This document shows positions 19,736 to 30,599 of a stretch of DNA of 64,000 nucleotides, piece after piece. The stretch covers positions 18,050-82,049 of the forward strand of contig JAXJYD010000006.1 of assembly GCA_036307105.1 (NCBI GenBank), in the 5' to 3' direction. The notes below the pieces were generated by a model. That model did not search any database. It had not been told where the DNA came from and saw only the letters and a program-made list of their open reading frames with translations. This stretch comes from Clostridia bacterium. Its GTDB lineage: Bacteria > Bacillota > Clostridia > TANB77 > CAG-508. Position 1 is the stretch's first letter; every line of letters starts with the position of its first letter. A program made the position numbers and the translations under genes.

Positions 19736-19837
19736 TCTAAAATTTATTCCAAAAAATTCCTAAAATATAAATCAAAACAAATGCATCTTGCATAAAAAAA
19801 TAAAAAATGTTACAATTTTAAAAACAAAAATAAAAGG

Positions 19838-21836
19838 ATGATAAAATTGGGCAAGAGTTTATTAATAACGGAAAAACCTTCTGTTGCGATGGAATTTGCC
19901 AAAGCATTAAAAATTACAACAAAAAGAAAAAATGGTTATCTAGAATCTGATAAGTGGATTATCACATGGTGTGTGGGACATTTAGTTACAATGAGTTATC
20001 CAGAAAAATATGATGAAAAGTTAAAGTTTTGGAGATTAGATACACTTCCATTTATTCCAGAAGAGTGGAAATATGAAATTATTCCACAAGTAGAAAACCA
20101 ATTTAATATTGTAAAAGAATTAATGCAAAGAGAAGATATAGAGGAAATCTATAATGCAGGTGACTCTGGAAGAGAAGGAGAATATATACAAAGATTAGTT
20201 TTTATGATGGCTAAACCAAATCCACAAGCCAAGATGAAAAGAGTATGGATTGATTCGCAAACAGAAGAAGAAATATTAAGAGGAATAAAAGAAGCGAAAG
20301 ATCAATCTGAATATGATAGTTTATCAGATAGTGCTTATTTGCGAGCAAAAGAGGATTATTTAATAGGAATCAATTTTTCTAGATTATTATCAATTATATA
20401 TGGAAGAAGTCTAGCTACTAAAATAAATGAAGAAAGAGCTTCTATTTCAGTAGGTAGAGTTATGACATGTGTATTAGGAATGATAGTATCAAGAGAAAGA
20501 GAAATTAGAAACTTTATAAAAACAAAATATTTTAAAGTAAATGGTGAATTTGGAGATAATATAGAATCATTTCAAGCGGAATGGAAAGTTACAGAAAAAT
20601 CAAAAATGTATGAATCACCCAAATTATATAATGAATCAGGCTTTAAAAAGGAAGATGATGCTAAAGAGTTTATAAAAAGTTTTGAAGGTAAAAAAGCAAA
20701 AGTAAGTGAATTAAAAAAATCAAAACAAAAAGAAAATGCACCACTGTTATTTAATTTAGCAGAATTACAAAATCAATGCACAAAAAGGTTTAAAATAAAA
20801 CCAGATGAAACTTTAGAAATAGTACAAAATTTATATGAAAAAAAGTTAGTAACATATCCTAGAACAGATGCTAGAGTTCTTTCAACTGCAGTTGCTAAAG
20901 GAATAAGTAAAAACTTGAATGGAATTGCAAGAGGATTTAAAGATGAAGAAGTACAATCAATTATAAAAAAGATGGTAGATGAAAAATATTCTACTAATTT
21001 AGTAAAAACAAAATATGTAAATGATAGCAAGATAACAGACCATTATGCTATTATTCCTACAGGACAAGGCTATGAAAATTATAATGGATTAACTGAATTA
21101 CAAAAAAATGTCTATAAAGTAATTGTTACAAGATTTTTGGCAATTTTTTATCCACCAGCAGAATATAATAAAATCCAAGTAACTGTCGATATAGAAGATG
21201 AGAAAACAAAAAATATTGAAACATTTAGTTGTAGTGGAAAGGTGTGTATAAAAAAAGGCTATTTAGAAGTATTAAAGCCAAATGACAAAGATAAAAGATC
21301 CACAAAGAGCGAAGAAAATGTGGAAAGTAACCAAAAAAACGATAAGAAAAGTGAAGAAAAGCAAACAGATTTAGAAATATTAAAGAAATTGAAAAAAGGA
21401 CAAGAAATAGAAATTAAAAATTTTGAATTAAAAGAAGCTGAAACTTCACCACCAACAAGATATAATTCTGGCTCTATAATTCTTGCTATGGAGAATGCAG
21501 GAAAGTTAATAGAAGATGAAGAATTAAGAGAACAAATTAAAGGTGCTGGAATTGGAACAAGTGCAACAAGAGCGGAGATAATTAAAAAACTTGAGAAAAT
21601 AAAATATATAGAGATAAATAATAAAACGCAAATTATCACACCTACACGGAAAAGGTGAATATATATTTGATATAGTAGCTTCATCAATGCCAGATATGTT
21701 AAATCCTAAGCTTACAGCTAGTTGGGAAAAAGGATTAGATATGGTTGCCAAAAAAGAAATAAAACCAAGTTTATTTATGGAAAAATTAGAAAAATATATA
21801 CATTCAAAATTTGATAGATTAGTTGTAAAGATGTAG
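19838..21836 (+). CDS. topB: DNA topoisomerase III, requiring a +1 shift at the in-frame CGG at 21647
   Basis: Toprim N-terminus LLITEKPSVAMEFAKAL; frame 1 ends PTRKR* at 21658, but the +1 frame from 21648 encodes GKGEYIFDIVASSMPDMLNPKLTASWEKGLDMVAKKEIKPSLFMEKLEKYIHSKFDRLVVKM*, the conserved topo III C-terminus; the context is ACA-C-GGA-AAA. Confidence 0.8.
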
Positions 21837-21879
21837 AAGATATGTTATAATATTAAACATCAATAAACAGGAGCTTAAA

Positions 21880-22154
21880 GTTTGAAAAATAATTGCGTTT
21901 TGGCGTTGTTAAACTGCATTCGAAAATCCATCACTGCTAACTGACGCTGTAACAGGCAAAGCCTTAACAGCCTCAGCTTGCGACGTGCAAGAGCACGCCT
22001 CGGATTCTATAAGGGTTCCCTGCAAACAGCAGGCTTGCCGAAGTTTGCAAGGGTAGAGGAGGAGCAACTGTAAGGCAATAGCTCTTTTAAGAGGTTGCCT
22101 TTGCAGTTTGCACCGACGAGTTTGCCTAGCCAAAAGCACAATTCTTTCCCAAAC
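21880..22154 (+). repeat. Structured repeat element, copy 1 (expanded, ~275 nt), immediately 5' of mfd
   Basis: Shares its 5' end (gaaaaataattgcgttttggcgttgttaaac...cgaaaatcc) and 3' end (ttgcctagccaaaagcacaattctttcccaaac) with copies at 28862, 49078 and 57715; GC-rich relative to the surrounding DNA. Confidence 0.7.
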
Positions 22155-22183
22155 CAATATATGCCTTTAGGAAGGAAAAAACA

Positions 22184-25100
22184 ATGAACACAATATTAGG
22201 AGAACTTGGTAAAAGTGCTAAGTTTATAGAGATTATAAATAAAATAGAAAAAGAAAAAAATAGTCCGATAGAAATATCGGGCTTAAATGACGTTGGGATG
22301 ATACAATTAGCATCTGCAATAAATGAGTTTGGTAAAAAGCCTATTTGTATATTAACATATAATGAAATACAGGCAAAAAAAATATATGATGATTTAAAAT
22401 ATTTTACAGAAAAAGTGGTTTTATTTTCTAAAAAAGAAATTGTAACATATGACTATATTGCTGAAAGTAAGGATATACCATATAAAAGAATTGAAGCGTT
22501 AAATGAAATTAATAGTAAAAAGAATTTGATAGTAGTAACAACAATTGAAGCAGTTATGCAAAGACTACCTGAAAAAAGTGTTTTATATAAAAATGAATTG
22601 AAATTTAAAATTGGAGATAGTCATAATTTAGATGATATAAAACAAAAATTAATAGACTTAGGCTATGTAAGATGTGACTTAATAGAAGGAAGGGGACAGT
22701 TTAGCGTAAGAGGTGGAATTTTAGATATATCTATAAATGATAAAATTGGAATAAGAATAGAATTTTGGGGAGATGAAATAGATTCTATTCGTAATTTTAG
22801 TATATCAAGTCAAAGATCTATAGAAACAAAAGAAGAGATAAAAATATATCCAGCACACGAATTTGTTTTAGAAAAAAGTATAGATGAAGTTTGTAAAACA
22901 ATCAAAGAAAAAACAGATGAGATTTTTGATGAAGAAATAAAAGAACAAGACATTGAACAAATAAAAATAGGAAATTACATTAGTAAAATAGATAAATATT
23001 TTGATTGTTTTTATGATAAACAATCAAATATATTAGATTACTTAAATAACAATTATTGTATATTTTTAGATGAAATAGGAAAAATTAAACAAAGAGTTAT
23101 AAATATAAAAGAAGATAATAAAAATTTAATTCAGGCTCTAATAGAAAAGGGAAGAAAAACACCTGATGCAATAATTAATATGCTAGATTATGAAGAAATA
23201 AATAATATATTAGAGAACAAACAAATATTGTATATTGAAAAACAAGATACAATATTGAATTTAACACAAGAAAAATATAAATTTCAATTTAGAAATATTA
23301 ATTATTATAAAAGAGATACAGAAAACTTTTTTGAAGACTTAGTAAAAGCTATAAATGAAAAGAAGAAAATTTATATATTATTAGAAACTAAAGAAAAAGC
23401 AAAAAAAATAAAGAAAATATTAGATGAAAAAGAAATATTAAATAATTTAGAAGAAAAATTAAACAAAACAATAATTGCTAAGTCAAGTGAAAGCATAGTA
23501 ACAATATCTGTAGGTAAATTATCTTCAGGTTTTGAAAACTTTGATACTAATCAATTAGTAATAATTGCAGATGAATTAGTTGATGGTGAGAAAAAAAGAA
23601 AATATATACAGAACACAGCATTTAAAGAAGGAGAAAAAGTAGTATTTGCAGACTTAAAAGTTGGAGATTATGTGGTTCATCAAAAATATGGTATTGGAGT
23701 TTATATTGGGGTAAATACTATACAAGCTGATAAAACTATAAAAGATTATTTAAAAATAAAATATGATGGAGACGATATTTTATATATTCCAATTAATAGC
23801 CTAGATACTATTAGAAAATATATTGGTGGAGATGTAATAAAGCCAAAAATAAATAAGCTTGGAAGCAAGGATTGGGAAAATACAAAAGCAAAAGTTAAGA
23901 AAAATTTAAGAGAAGTTGCCAAAGAATTGATTGAATTATATGCAAAAAGAGAAAAAGCAGAAGGGTTCAAATTTAGTAAAGACACTCCTTGGCAAAATGA
24001 ATTTGAAGGTAAATTCCCATATCAAGAAACAGATGACCAATTAAGATGTATAGAAGAAGTAAAAAAAGATATGGAATCTCCAAGACCAATGGATAGACTT
24101 TTATGTGGTGATGTAGGATATGGTAAAACAGAAGTTGCAATTCGTGCAGCATTTAAAGCTGTTATGGATCAAAAACAAGTGGCATATCTAGCGCCAACAA
24201 CAGTTTTGGCAGAACAACAATATAAAGAATTTAAAGAAAGAATGAAAGATTATCCAATTAAAGTTGAAATACTAAACAGATTTAAAAGTAAAAAATATCA
24301 AGATGAAGTAATAAAAAAATTAAAATTAGGTGAAGTTGATATTGTAATTGGAACACATAGACTGCTTAGTAAAGATGTTGAATTTAAGAATTTAGGACTT
24401 TTAATAATAGATGAAGAGCATAGATTTGGGGTTAAAGCAAAAGAAAAGATAAAGCAACTAAAAATGAATATAGATGTGTTAACAATGACTGCAACACCAA
24501 TACCAAGAACTATGCATATGTCAATTGTGGGAATCAGAGATATGTCTGTTATATATGAACCACCACAAAACAGAAGACCAGTTCAAACTTATGTATTAGA
24601 ATATGATGAAGAAACTGTAAAAGAAGCAATAACAAAGGAAATTGAAAGAGATGGGCAAGTATTCTATATTTTTAACAATGTAGAAGGCATTGAAAATAAA
24701 GCAAAACAAATTTCTAATTTAATACCAGAAGCAAATGTATGCTTTGCACATGGTAGAATGACAGGAAGCAAGATAGAAGAGATAATGCAAGATTTTATTG
24801 ACAAAAAGTATAATGTTTTAGTATGTACTACAATTTTAGAAACTGGAATTGATATACCAAATGCAAATACTATAATAATAGAAAATGCAGATAGAATGGG
24901 ATTAGCACAGTTATATCAAATCCGTGGAAGAGTTGGAAGGTCTAACAGACAGGCATATAGTTATATTACTTATAAAAAAGATAAGATGCTTTCAGAAGTT
25001 GCAGATAAAAGATTAAAAGCAATAAAAGAATTTACAGAGTTTGGTTCTGGATTTAAAATAGCAATGAGAGATTTAGAAATTCGTGGAGCAGGAAGTTTGC

Positions 25101-25652
25101 TTCGGAGAAATTCAATCAGGACACTTAGAGCAAGTAGGATATGATACTTATTGTAATTTATTAGATGAAGTAGTAAAAGAAATGAAAGGTATTGACTTCA
25201 AAAAAGAGGAAGAAATTCAAATTGATTTAGATGTTACAAGTTATATACCAGATGAATACATATCAGATGCTAACCAAAAAATTGAAGTATATCAAAATAT
25301 TGCTTTATGTAGAAACGAAGAAGATATTCAAAATGTTATAGATGAAGTGATTGATAGATTTGGCAATATGCCAGAACAACTAGAAAATTTAATAGATATA
25401 GCAAGGATTAAATATATTAGCAAAAAGCTAGATATTGAGAAAATAGTAAGCAGAAGAAATGGAGTAGTATTTACATTTAATCCAAACACTGTTAGTGAAA
25501 AGATTGATATACCAATGATAGTTGAACAGTATGGTAATAGAATTAAGTTTTCTTCTGGAATAAAACCAATGGTGACATTAGAAATTAAGGATACTAGTGA
25601 TAGGAATTTATTAAGAGAAGTAACTGAGTTTGTTAAGTTTCTTAATAAATAG
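22184..25652 (+). CDS. mfd: Transcription-repair coupling factor Mfd, requiring a +1 shift at the in-frame CGG at 25103
   Basis: 986 aa N-terminal ORF with the helicase motifs (GDVGYGKTEVA, DEEHRFG) ends RGAGSLLRRNS...*; the +1 frame from 25104 reads GEIQSGHLEQVGYDTYCNLL..., the conserved Mfd C-terminus; the context is CTT-C-GGA-GAA. Confidence 0.85.
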
Positions 25653-25683
25653 GCACATGCAAAAAATACATATCTAGAAATAT

Positions 25684-25730
25684 TTTCAAGTTATCTCGGT
25701 TCAATACATACATTAAGAATTTCTAATAAA
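25684..25730 (+). repeat. Conserved 44-46-nt intergenic repeat, copy B
   Basis: atctcggttcaatacatacattaagaatttctaataaaatttac; flanked about 170 nt apart by an inverted pair acatatctagaaatatt / aatatttctagatacat. Confidence 0.6.
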
Positions 25731-25908
25731 ATTTACGGAACCTTTTTCACTTAGTCCTCGCTAGCGCTCGACGCGAACATTATTCCATAAATTTTAAAGA
25801 AATTCTAAATATATTCCAATCACATTCGATAACTTTTAAATATTTCTAGATACATATTTTTTTGTAAAAATGTTAAAGTAAGAAATTTAAAGAGATAGGA
25901 GATAAAAA

Positions 25909-26712
25909 ATGCAAAGTATTTCAAGTAAAGAAAACGAGCTAATAAAACATATAAAAAAATTAAAAGATAAAAAAGAACGTGATATTAGTAATGAGTATGT
26001 AATTGAAGGGATTAAATTAATCCAAGAAGCTATTCAAGAAAATGTGAACATTAAACAAATAATTGTATGTGATGATTGTGACAAAACAGAAGGCATACCA
26101 AAAGATTTAATGTATGAAATTGCGAAATATGATTGTGTTTATGTAACAAAGAAGATTTTTAAATACATTTCAGAAGTTCAAGAACCACAAGGTATATTAG
26201 CAGTTATTGAGAAGAATAATTTAGATAAAGATATAGATTATAATCAAGATATTATAGTAGCTTTAAATGATGTCCAAGACCCTGGAAATTTAGGTACTAT
26301 TTTAAGAACAGTTGATAGCATAGGACTAACTCAAATAATAGTATCCAAAGGAACAGCAGATAGTTATAATCCTAAGGTTGTTCGTTCGACTATGGGAGCA
26401 ATTTTCAGAATTAAAATTATTGAATGTGAAGATTTAGAAAAAATTTTAAAAGAAATTAAAAAACATAAATTTAAAGTAGTAGTAACATCTTTACAAACAG
26501 AAAATACTATTTATGAAATTAATTATAATAAAAAAGTAATTGTTATAGGAAATGAAGCAAAAGGAGTAGAACAAAAAATTCAACAAATAGCAGATGAAAA
26601 AATTAAAATACCAATGCTGGGAAAAACAGAAAGCCTAAATGCATCAGTAGCTACAGGAATAGTTTTATATGAGTATGTTCGACAAAAATGGAACAGTGGG
26701 GACAGTCACTAA
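25909..26712 (+). CDS. TrmH/SpoU-family RNA 2'-O-methyltransferase (RlmB-like)
   Basis: SPOUT motifs VVIGNEAKGV and KIPMLGKTESLNASVATGIVLYE. Confidence 0.75.
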   Translation: MQSISSKENELIKHIKKLKDKKERDISNEYVIEGIKLIQEAIQENVNIKQIIVCDDCDKTEGIPKDLMYEIAKYDCVYVTKKIFKYISEVQEPQGILAVIEKNNLDKDIDYNQDIIVALNDVQDPGNLGTILRTVDSIGLTQIIVSKGTADSYNPKVVRSTMGAIFRIKIIECEDLEKILKEIKKHKFKVVVTSLQTENTIYEINYNKKVIVIGNEAKGVEQKIQQIADEKIKIPMLGKTESLNASVATGIVLYEYVRQKWNSGDSH

Positions 26713-26795
26713 ATGTTTCATTTTTGTAGAAAAATGTCGAAGATACTTATTTATAAAATATGATAGAATTATAAAAATAGAAGGAAGATAGTAAA

Positions 26796-27293
26796 ATGAA
26801 ATTAAATATAGTAATGGTAGAACCAGAAATACCGCAAAACACAGGAAATATTGCAAGAACTTGTGCAGCAATTGGAGCCAAATTACATTTAGTGTATCCT
26901 CTAGGATTTAGTATAACTGAAAAAGCAGTAAAAAGGGCTGGACTTGATTATTGGGATAAAGTTGAGATTGAAGAACATGATTCATTTGAGAAATTTTTAG
27001 AAAGGTACAAACCAGAAGAAAATAATATGTTTTTTGCAACTACAAAAGGAAAACATGTATATTCAGAACCAGATTATAGTAAGCTAGAAGAGGTATTTAT
27101 ATTATTTGGAAAAGAAACAAAAGGCTTACCAGAAAATATATTGCAAAAATACATAAATCAAACAATAAGAATTCCTATGAAACCAACATTAAGATCATTG
27201 AATTTATCTAATTCAGTAGCTATTGTTGCTTTTGAAGTTTTAAGACAAAAGCAGTTTGAAAATTTAGAGGAAATAAGTAGTTATTTTGATTAA
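26796..27293 (+). CDS. trmL: tRNA (cytidine/uridine-2'-O)-methyltransferase TrmL (SpoU class)
   Basis: 165 aa, NIVMVEPEIPQNTGNIARTCAA and a C-terminal SLNLSNSVAIVAFE. Confidence 0.75.
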   Translation: MKLNIVMVEPEIPQNTGNIARTCAAIGAKLHLVYPLGFSITEKAVKRAGLDYWDKVEIEEHDSFEKFLERYKPEENNMFFATTKGKHVYSEPDYSKLEEVFILFGKETKGLPENILQKYINQTIRIPMKPTLRSLNLSNSVAIVAFEVLRQKQFENLEEISSYFD

Positions 27294-27379
27294 AAAAATC
27301 AAATATTTTGTCTAAATTAGTTGATTTTATACTATTTTTAAGATAAAATAATATAAAATCAAAATATGGAGGGATTAGT

Positions 27380-27694
27380 ATGTTATTAACAAGTACAGAG
27401 GTATTACCAGACAGAGAAATTAGCGAAACTTTAGGATTAGTACAAGGACAAGTAGTTAAAGCTAAACACATAGGAAAAGATATTATGGCAGGATTTAAAA
27501 ATATTATAGGTGGAGAAGTGAAAGGATATACAGAAATGCTTTCTGAAGCAAGACAAATTGCAACAGATAGAATGATTGAAGAAGCTAAAAAACTTGGTGC
27601 TGATGCAATCATTGGAGTTAGATATGGTTCAAGTGAAGCAATGGAAGGTGCTACTGAAATGTTAGCATATGGAACTGCGGTTAAATTAAAATAA
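27380..27694 (+). CDS. YbjQ/UPF0145 family protein
   Basis: 104 aa with ADAIIGVRYGSSEAMEGATEMLAYGTAVKL, typical of the family. Confidence 0.7.
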   Translation: MLLTSTEVLPDREISETLGLVQGQVVKAKHIGKDIMAGFKNIIGGEVKGYTEMLSEARQIATDRMIEEAKKLGADAIIGVRYGSSEAMEGATEMLAYGTAVKLK

Positions 27695-27962
27695 AAAAGT
27701 TTGTCGAATTTTGCGATGAAAAGTTAATAAAAAAATGGGGAAAGTCTTGGATTTTCTCCATTTTTGTGGTTTAATATATATAAGAGTTAATTTTTATCAA
27801 ATTTTATAAAAATTGAAAAATTAAATGTTTTATTAATCAAGATTTTTATTCTAAAACAAATTCCAAAAAATATTTTTAAATTTAAATATGCTATGTAAAA
27901 ATGGAAAGAAGGTGGTTTCTTATATAATTTAAATAAATTTTTAGAAATCTAGGAGGTGCATT

Positions 27963-28694
27963 ATGAATGTTTTTACATATAAAGATTATATTAAGTGTAT
28001 TCATACACTTAGATTAAATGCTGTTTTTAAATTAGCAGAAGAAAGTTCAAAATATAGATTGAGTAGAGAAAATGCAGAAGATAAAAAAATGATAAAAAAT
28101 ATTTTGAAAGATAAAAATGAAATGACAAATTTCATTAATGTATTTTTAGAAAGTAAGGAAAAAATAGAAAATAAAAATTTAATTAGATATGATAGTAAGT
28201 ATATTTCTAACAGACATAAAGTTGATGAAAATAAACTAATATATAAACTAAAAAACAAAGATACATTTTTTATTTTAGAAGAAGTATATGAATTAGATAA
28301 TATTGTTTTGTATGAAATACTAAATTATTGTATCAGTATAATGCAGGAATGGAATATAACTAATAAAATAAGGGGAGAAAACAAATATCCAGTAATAGTT
28401 CCTATTATTATTTATGCAGGTACAAAAAGAATAAACAATAAATGTATTCAAAACAAAAATCAAATAGGAGATTTTATTTTTAAAAATTATAATATTAATC
28501 TAAATTATACTTTGATAGATATCAATAAATTATCTATAGAGTTTCTTTTAAAGCGAAATAATCCTGTTGCATTTGGCATGATATTAGAAAAGTCAAAAGA
28601 TAAAATTGAATTACAAAAGAATTTAATTAAAATACCAGAGAATATAAAAAATGATAAAAAATTTAAAAAGTTAGTGAATAATTTAAACTTATAG
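27963..28694 (+). CDS. Putative Rpn/YhgA-like PD-(D/E)XK recombination-promoting nuclease / putative transposase
   Basis: DTFFILEEVYE (E-x-K-like) and YPVIVPIIIYAGTKR resemble the YhgA-like core (..IEHQS.. / LPLVIPVLFYHG); weak. Confidence 0.35.
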   Translation: MNVFTYKDYIKCIHTLRLNAVFKLAEESSKYRLSRENAEDKKMIKNILKDKNEMTNFINVFLESKEKIENKNLIRYDSKYISNRHKVDENKLIYKLKNKDTFFILEEVYELDNIVLYEILNYCISIMQEWNITNKIRGENKYPVIVPIIIYAGTKRINNKCIQNKNQIGDFIFKNYNINLNYTLIDINKLSIEFLLKRNNPVAFGMILEKSKDKIELQKNLIKIPENIKNDKKFKKLVNNLNL

Positions 28695-28861
28695 TATTTG
28701 GGTTATATAGAATAATAGAAAAGATAAAAAATGTGAAAAAGATTGTATTTTTATAAAATAAAGAGAAAAAACGAGAATTATATAATAAATTTTTACATAT
28801 TGAACAAAAACTGAATTGACAACTATAACTTTATATGTTAAATTTACCCATAAGGAAGAAT

Positions 28862-28983
28862 TTGGAAAATAATTGAGTTTTGGCGTTGTTAAACTTCGTT
28901 CGAAAATCCTGCGACGTGCAAAAAGCACGACTCGGATTCTTCTCGCTTGTTTGCCTAGCCAAAAGCACAATTCTTTTCCAAAT
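28862..28983 (+). repeat. Structured repeat element, copy 2 (~122 nt), 13 nt upstream of an XRE gene
   Basis: Terminal inverted repeat ttggaaaataattgagttttggcg / gcctagccaaaagcacaattcttttccaaa; internal hairpin cgtgc-aaaaa-gcacg. Confidence 0.7.
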
Positions 28984-29013
28984 TAGAATTCGTTATTGGA
29001 AAGGGTGATTAAC

Positions 29014-29361
29014 ATGGAAATAATAGATGCAAATATTGATTATAAGGTTATAGGGAAAAGAGTTAAGGAAGCTAGAATGAAAGCTAATATAACACAACAA
29101 ACATTAGGGGAAATGATTGATGCTTCAACAGTATATTTAAGTAGAATAGAAAGAGGAGAAACGCACGTTAATTTAAAGAGGTTAATGCAAATTTCAATTG
29201 CATTAAAGGTACCAATTCAGTATATTATTGCGGGTACTACAGAGGAATCTGAAATTTATTTAAAAAGAGAATTTCAAGAATTATTATCTGAGTGTACACC
29301 AGATAAACAGAGACTAATTTATAATATAGCAAAAATAGTTGCAGGAATAAAATTTGTATAA
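29014..29361 (+). CDS. XRE-family HTH transcriptional regulator
   Basis: ITQQTLGEMIDASTVYLSRIERGE helix-turn-helix; ATG preceded by ggaaagggtga (the ORF track starts at an upstream TTG at 28996). Confidence 0.7.
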   Translation: MEIIDANIDYKVIGKRVKEARMKANITQQTLGEMIDASTVYLSRIERGETHVNLKRLMQISIALKVPIQYIIAGTTEESEIYLKREFQELLSECTPDKQRLIYNIAKIVAGIKFV

Positions 29362-29397
29362 AAAGTACTATATTTTGAAAAAAGAAGGTGACAAAAA

Positions 29398-30471
29398 ATG
29401 GATTTAGAAAAAGTAAATAATAATTCACTGATTATTAAATATAAAAATACAGATAATGTCGTTGATGATATTTGTAGTATAATAGAATCAGCAAGAAATT
29501 ATGCTTATCAATCAGTCAATATAGCGCTAGTAGAGAGGAATTGGTTCATTGGTTACAGAATTGCGGAAGAAGAATTAAAGGGAAATGATAGAGCAGATTA
29601 TGGAATTGAACTGATAAAAAAATTATCAAAAAAATATGGAAAAGGATTTGATAGAAGTAATTTATATAGATATTTAAGCTTTTATAAAAGTTTTCCACAA
29701 ATTGTCGACGCGCTGAGTCGACAAACTAAAATTTATTTATCTTGGACTCACTATAGAACATTATTACAGGTTTATGATAAAAAAGCAAGAGATTGGTATG
29801 AAAAAGAAGCTATTGAACAAACTTGGAGTGTAAGAACTTTACAAAGAAATATCTCTTCGCAATATTATTATAGATTGTTAAAGTCACAAGTTAAAGAACC
29901 TGTAATTGAAGAAATGAAAGAAGTAAACAAAGAACATTATTTAATGAACAAACTGGAATTTATAAAAAATCCAGTAATAGCTGAGTTTTTAGGTTATTCA
30001 TTAGATATTAATTATTCAGAAACAGAATTAGAAAGTAGCATAATAAACAATTTACAAAAGTTTTTAATGGAGTTAGGCAAAGGCTATGCATTTGTATCAA
30101 GGCAACAACATATTCATACAGAGAAAGAAGATTACTTCATTGATCTAGTTTTTTATAACTATATATTAAAGTGTTTTGTATTAATAGATTTAAAAACAAA
30201 AAAGATAACACATCAAGATGTTGGACAAATGGATATGTATGTAAGGATGTATGACGAACTAAAAAAATCTAAAGAAGATAATCCAACAATTGGAATAGTA
30301 TTATGTTCTGAAACAGATGCAGATATAGCGAAATATTCAATTCTGAAAGGTAATGAGCAATTATTCGCAACTAAATATAAATTATACTTACCAACAGAAG
30401 AACAACTTAAGTTTGAAATAGAAAGTCAAAAATCAATTTTTAACTCACAACAACAAGAAAAGATAATATGA
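29398..30471 (+). CDS. DUF1016/YhcG-family PD-(D/E)XK nuclease-fold protein
   Basis: N-terminal YhcG-like region (NWFIGYRIAEEEL...RSNLYRYLSFYKSF) and a C-terminal E..D..K block (FIDLVFYNYILKCFVLIDLKTKK). Confidence 0.6.
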   Translation: MDLEKVNNNSLIIKYKNTDNVVDDICSIIESARNYAYQSVNIALVERNWFIGYRIAEEELKGNDRADYGIELIKKLSKKYGKGFDRSNLYRYLSFYKSFPQIVDALSRQTKIYLSWTHYRTLLQVYDKKARDWYEKEAIEQTWSVRTLQRNISSQYYYRLLKSQVKEPVIEEMKEVNKEHYLMNKLEFIKNPVIAEFLGYSLDINYSETELESSIINNLQKFLMELGKGYAFVSRQQHIHTEKEDYFIDLVFYNYILKCFVLIDLKTKKITHQDVGQMDMYVRMYDELKKSKEDNPTIGIVLCSETDADIAKYSILKGNEQLFATKYKLYLPTEEQLKFEIESQKSIFNSQQQEKII

Positions 30472-30599
30472 AAGAATAGGCAAAATATTATTTTATTAAA
30501 ATCAATGTGATAGTAATAAATTTAAAGCTTTACAAAAGCAAAAAAATAGTATAAACTACATTTATAGACAAAAAAGATACAAAAATTAAGGTGATATAA

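Noticed and set aside
21900-22130. GC-rich islands as possible rRNA or tmRNA/RNase P fragments
   Set aside because: They have no similarity to conserved rRNA, tmRNA or RNase P motifs. Instead they are members of the 4-copy repeat family with shared ends.
25083-25652. 189-aa ORF annotated separately in the ORF track
   Set aside because: It is the C-terminal domain of Mfd reached by a +1 shift at 25103 and is not an independent gene. The same applies to 15920-16294 (UDG C-terminus), 30757-34149 (SMC without its first 49 codons) and 55310-56116 (rSAM C-terminal part).
28689-28970. 93-aa minus-strand ORF
   Set aside because: It runs antisense through structured-repeat copy 2 and an AT-rich spacer. 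It has no RBS and a low-complexity product.
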